DNA from: Callorhinchus milii
Taxonomy: Eukaryota
DNA length: 64,000 bases
Assembly (NCBI RefSeq): GCF_018977255.1
Contig: NW_024704746.1
Coordinates: forward strand, 24,118,001 to 24,182,000
Direction of reading: 5' to 3'
Each line of letters opens with the position of its first letter. Position 1 is the stretch's first letter. The notes beneath the pieces are model-generated. The model was not told the origin of the DNA. It saw only the letters and a program-made list of their open reading frames with translations, and made no database searches. The translations under genes were made by a program, and so were the position numbers. Below are positions 60,559-64,000 of the stretch, in pieces.

Positions 60559-60859
60559 GTGGAGTCCTGTAGCTCAGTGGTTAGAGCACTCGCTTTGCAA
60601 GCGAGACACCTGGGTTCAATTCCAGGCAGATCATGGCGAAACCTTGGGCAAGTTTCCTTACTCCACACACCTAATAATAATCCCTCCAAAACAATAATAA
60701 ATTGGTCATTTTCAATCCACGACTGTTTGTGGGACATTGCTGTGCGCAATTGGCTGCCCACAAATATACGGTCAATTCACTTCACAGTCTATTCTGTGAA
60801 GCGCTTTGGGACGTCGAGAAGACGTGAAAAGCGCTATATCAAATGCGAGGATTATTATT
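60559..60859 (+). mobile_element. Full-length tRNA-Ala-derived SINE with intact Pol III boxes
   Basis: TAGCTCAGTGG; anticodon-like arm CTCGC-TTTGCAA-GCGAG; GGTTCAATTCC. Confidence 0.92.
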
Positions 60860-62360
60860 TTGTAAGAAAAATCTCTTGAATGAAATCTCTACAGTAACAT
60901 GTCACAATGAATGAGATAGTAATTCAAGAATTTTGATGCTTGCTATTTATGTTAAAAGAAATATGCTGCTGGTGTCAATCGTCAGCTTAACCAACAAAAT
61001 ACAAACTTTTAAAATTCTAGCAACATGGCTTTTTTTTATTAAAATGACCCATTTCAAACTCTCCCAATTCTCACAGTGTCACTGTCTATTTGTATTGGCC
61101 TTTCAATGGACTGTCAACAATGATGTTATGAGAGAAATGTGAGCCATGCTGTTTACTATTCAACTGCTGACAAAATTCAGCAGAAAGCTTCTTACCATTA
61201 GAGAGAATATGTTTATGTTTAACCCATTCGCTGTAATATTTTTACAAGAACAAGCTTCCCATAAATTTGACATTTATTTCAAAGTGTGTGTATTAATAAC
61301 ATCAATTAGTAAAGTCACACTAATGGCATTGTGTAGTTTGACCCATTTCATTGCATGTTTTTGAACATGTTTATGACATTTAAATTGAGTGTTTGTGCTC
61401 TGCCTTCATCCCTTCCCTCAGCACAGCTTTAATCAAAACTTTTTTTTTCTTGGAAGGAAATCTGATTTTTCAGATTGTTTAGTAATAGTTAAATTGAAGA
61501 TAGAAGGACGGCACAAATAGCCTTAACTAACTAATACACTGTCGTACCAAATAGTTAACAGCTCAAATTCCCGCTCCCTCGAAAAGAAATGCTACTACTA
61601 ATTTCCTATTACCCAATCCTTGAACAATTTTACACAGTCCCAACTTTAGGTACTGGACTACACTGACTGCAACCTCCATCTAAGAATATCCCTGTTTCTT
61701 AAGCTCCTTTAAGTTGCAAATCTAATACTAAACACATACCCCCTCGAACTAGGCTTTAGTGCTGCCAGATCCTCTCTCAGCCTTCCCTTTTCTTCTCTCT
61801 AACAATGGTCCCTTGGCTCTATTATTTCCTCCATCCAAACCTTTCAATGCCTTAGCTCCGATGGCCTGCATTTTCTTTTCTCACTCAGCAGTTTTTCCAA
61901 CAACTCATTTGCATTCCTTCTTTTTTTGCCAAAAAGGCCACAGATTCAAATTAAAGTTGCAGATTGCCTCTCTCTGCATCCCCCTCCCCCTACCACAGCC
62001 TCGAATAAGTCTATAATAAAACCCAGAGCCCTGCAGTCGTTTGGCTATCTCTGTGTTTCATTCCAGTTTTGTTAATTTCTAAAATGTTACATATTTTATT
62101 ACTTATATATGTGTATATTTAATAAACATAGTTATGTCATAAGTTTTGATAAATCTAAGTCACATTCATTTTCAGCTAAATTAATTTCTCAAACCCATAA
62201 GCGCTCTGGGATGCTACGCTGTGTGAAGGGTGCTATATAAATACAAGTTGTTGTTGTTTGTGGCACTCAGTCTAGTTTGCCTTAGGAGAATGCAAATATC
62301 TGCCCCAAATCAGCAAAACATTGGATGATGTTACTAATCTCCCACACAAACCCAGAGCAT

Positions 62361-62384
62361 TGCTGACGTCAGCAGTGACGTCAC
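62361..62384. promoter_or_regulatory. Perfect C-MARE (TGCTGACGTCAGCA) abutting a CRE palindrome (GTGACGTCAC)
   Basis: Exact consensus matches read directly; function is inferred. Confidence 0.4.
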
Positions 62385-64000
62385 CGTTGGTCCAATATAA
62401 GGTACATGTGAGGTTGAGGAATATTGATGAAATGATGTGGGGGGAGCTTTACTTGACAACCAATTCATACTTTTCCTGCCACTGATCTAGTTAATAGTGG
62501 AGGAAACAAAATAGTAAAAGATTCAATTTCTTGGTATTTGAACCTTTGTCTAAAGGGATGAAAGTTCAATAAATACAATAGACACAGTGCCATTTACTGC
62601 CGACACAAGTCTACTTGTTTTTCTCAATATCAAGCACCATTGATAGCAACTTCTTGTCAGGCCTTCACTGCCAAAGCTCTTCTTAGTTCACAATCAGGAA
62701 GCACAGGAAAGGTTATTAACAACTGGTGCTAATAACCTAATGATGGTCTCATGTTAATGATACACTAGTCGTCCTCAGTACACACTCAGACTGTGTCAGA
62801 ATATGGTTAGAATTGATCTCAAATCATTTGTAACCAATTCATGTCTTTTATAAACTGTTCGCTTCATCCCGTCAAGAAAATAATATCTATATGGCAATCA
62901 GATTGTACTTCACTGACAAGACAAAAGCTTTGATGCAAAATTGCAGAAGCTAAACACACACCTGTTATGTTCTGTACAGCCCAAATCATCGTGAAAAGAA
63001 GGAAGTTCATGAAACTGCTTTAGCACCAGGCTCCTTTCAAACATGTTATTCCTATTAAAATAGCAAAAGAGCATAGCTGTGCTAAAGCCTAGGGGAAAAA
63101 ACATTACATGGACAATTATGAGATTGAACTATTAAACTTTCTTTCCGGGGAAGTGGTCACATGAACGTACACGGCAACTTCGAAGCAATTAGAGACTCGA
63201 AAATGTCAAAACACCACTGGACACGAGCCTAACATCTCAGGTTGTAGCACAGGTTTGTGGCACAGTAGTTGGCAACGTTGGGCAAGTTGCTTCTATTTGA
63301 TATGTAACTGGGAAAGCTTTCTATCCTACTACATGTAGTTAGTTATATAGTCTACATAACGCAAACGTGATACATTATTCCCCTGTTGTGCAGCAATGTA
63401 AAATAGCACTATTGCAGTTCAAGCCACGGTTCAGTCACAAGCATTTGGAATTCACCACAAAACCAGTCACCAACACAAACAGCCACCTCTATGTATTTCA
63501 CCCAAAACTGCACAGTTTCAAACGCATCTGAATGGAAATGATACAATGATGGTGTTAGGTGACGTTAATAAATTGCTGATGTTTTGTTCCCGCAGGCTAC
63601 GCCATTATCAAAACTCACTTCCGAATACCAAAAGATGTACAACCTCAGTTCTCTCTGTGCTGATAATTCTATCAGCAAGTCTCAGGGCTGGAAAAGCGTC
63701 CCTATTCAGAACTAAAATTGAAATTCAAAGCATGCTGAATGCTATCTTTCAAAACAAAATAGCTCTCCCCCCCAACCCCCACCCCAACTCCTCAACCTCC
63801 CTCTCTCCCCTCCTCACCCCCTTCCCCCCGCAATAGAACCAATACAGAACAACATAAAAACTATTTAACAAACTTAAAAAATGAGGCACATACAATCCAA
63901 AGTGACAAGGGATTTCCTTAACATTTTTCTTAATATGTTTGCCCTCAATTAAAAAATCTCTACTTTGTGCAGCAGTGTGAATACTGTGAGAGAACACACA

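Noticed and set aside
62392-62402. CArG box
   Set aside because: CCAATATAAGG has seven A/T bases between CC and GG rather than the required six.
45561-64000. ptch2 exons 1-2 or another gene
   Set aside because: I found no APLWLRA or LETNVE-type peptide and no credible coding exon by eye; treated as intron 2 extending past the window.

Overview
Vertebrate genomic DNA, most likely from a cartilaginous fish (chimaera/shark-type SINE, L2 and CR1 tails; organism is inferred). The window is almost entirely one minus-strand gene, Patched 2 (ptch2, Hedgehog receptor). I mapped 21 GT-AG coding exons (exons 3-23 in PTCH numbering, 45560->4882), a probable non-coding exon 24/3'UTR starting at 4616, and more than 18 kb of intron 2. 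Exons 1-2 lie beyond the right edge. Exon 15 is one base short, giving a frameshift at ~25933-25936 that is probably a homopolymer sequencing error. The protein keeps a long PTCH1-like C-tail, but the PPxY motifs are degenerate. The introns contain many copies of a composite tRNA-Ala-headed SINE with an L2 tail, L2 and CR1 3' fragments (some nested), Harbinger-like MITEs, a dispersed ~68-bp minisatellite and a 213-bp N gap. Candidate cis-regulatory sites are two perfect GLI sites, a C-MARE+CRE double palindrome and tandem ER8 sites. I found no convincing new biological system; the findings concern gene structure, regulatory candidates and repeats.
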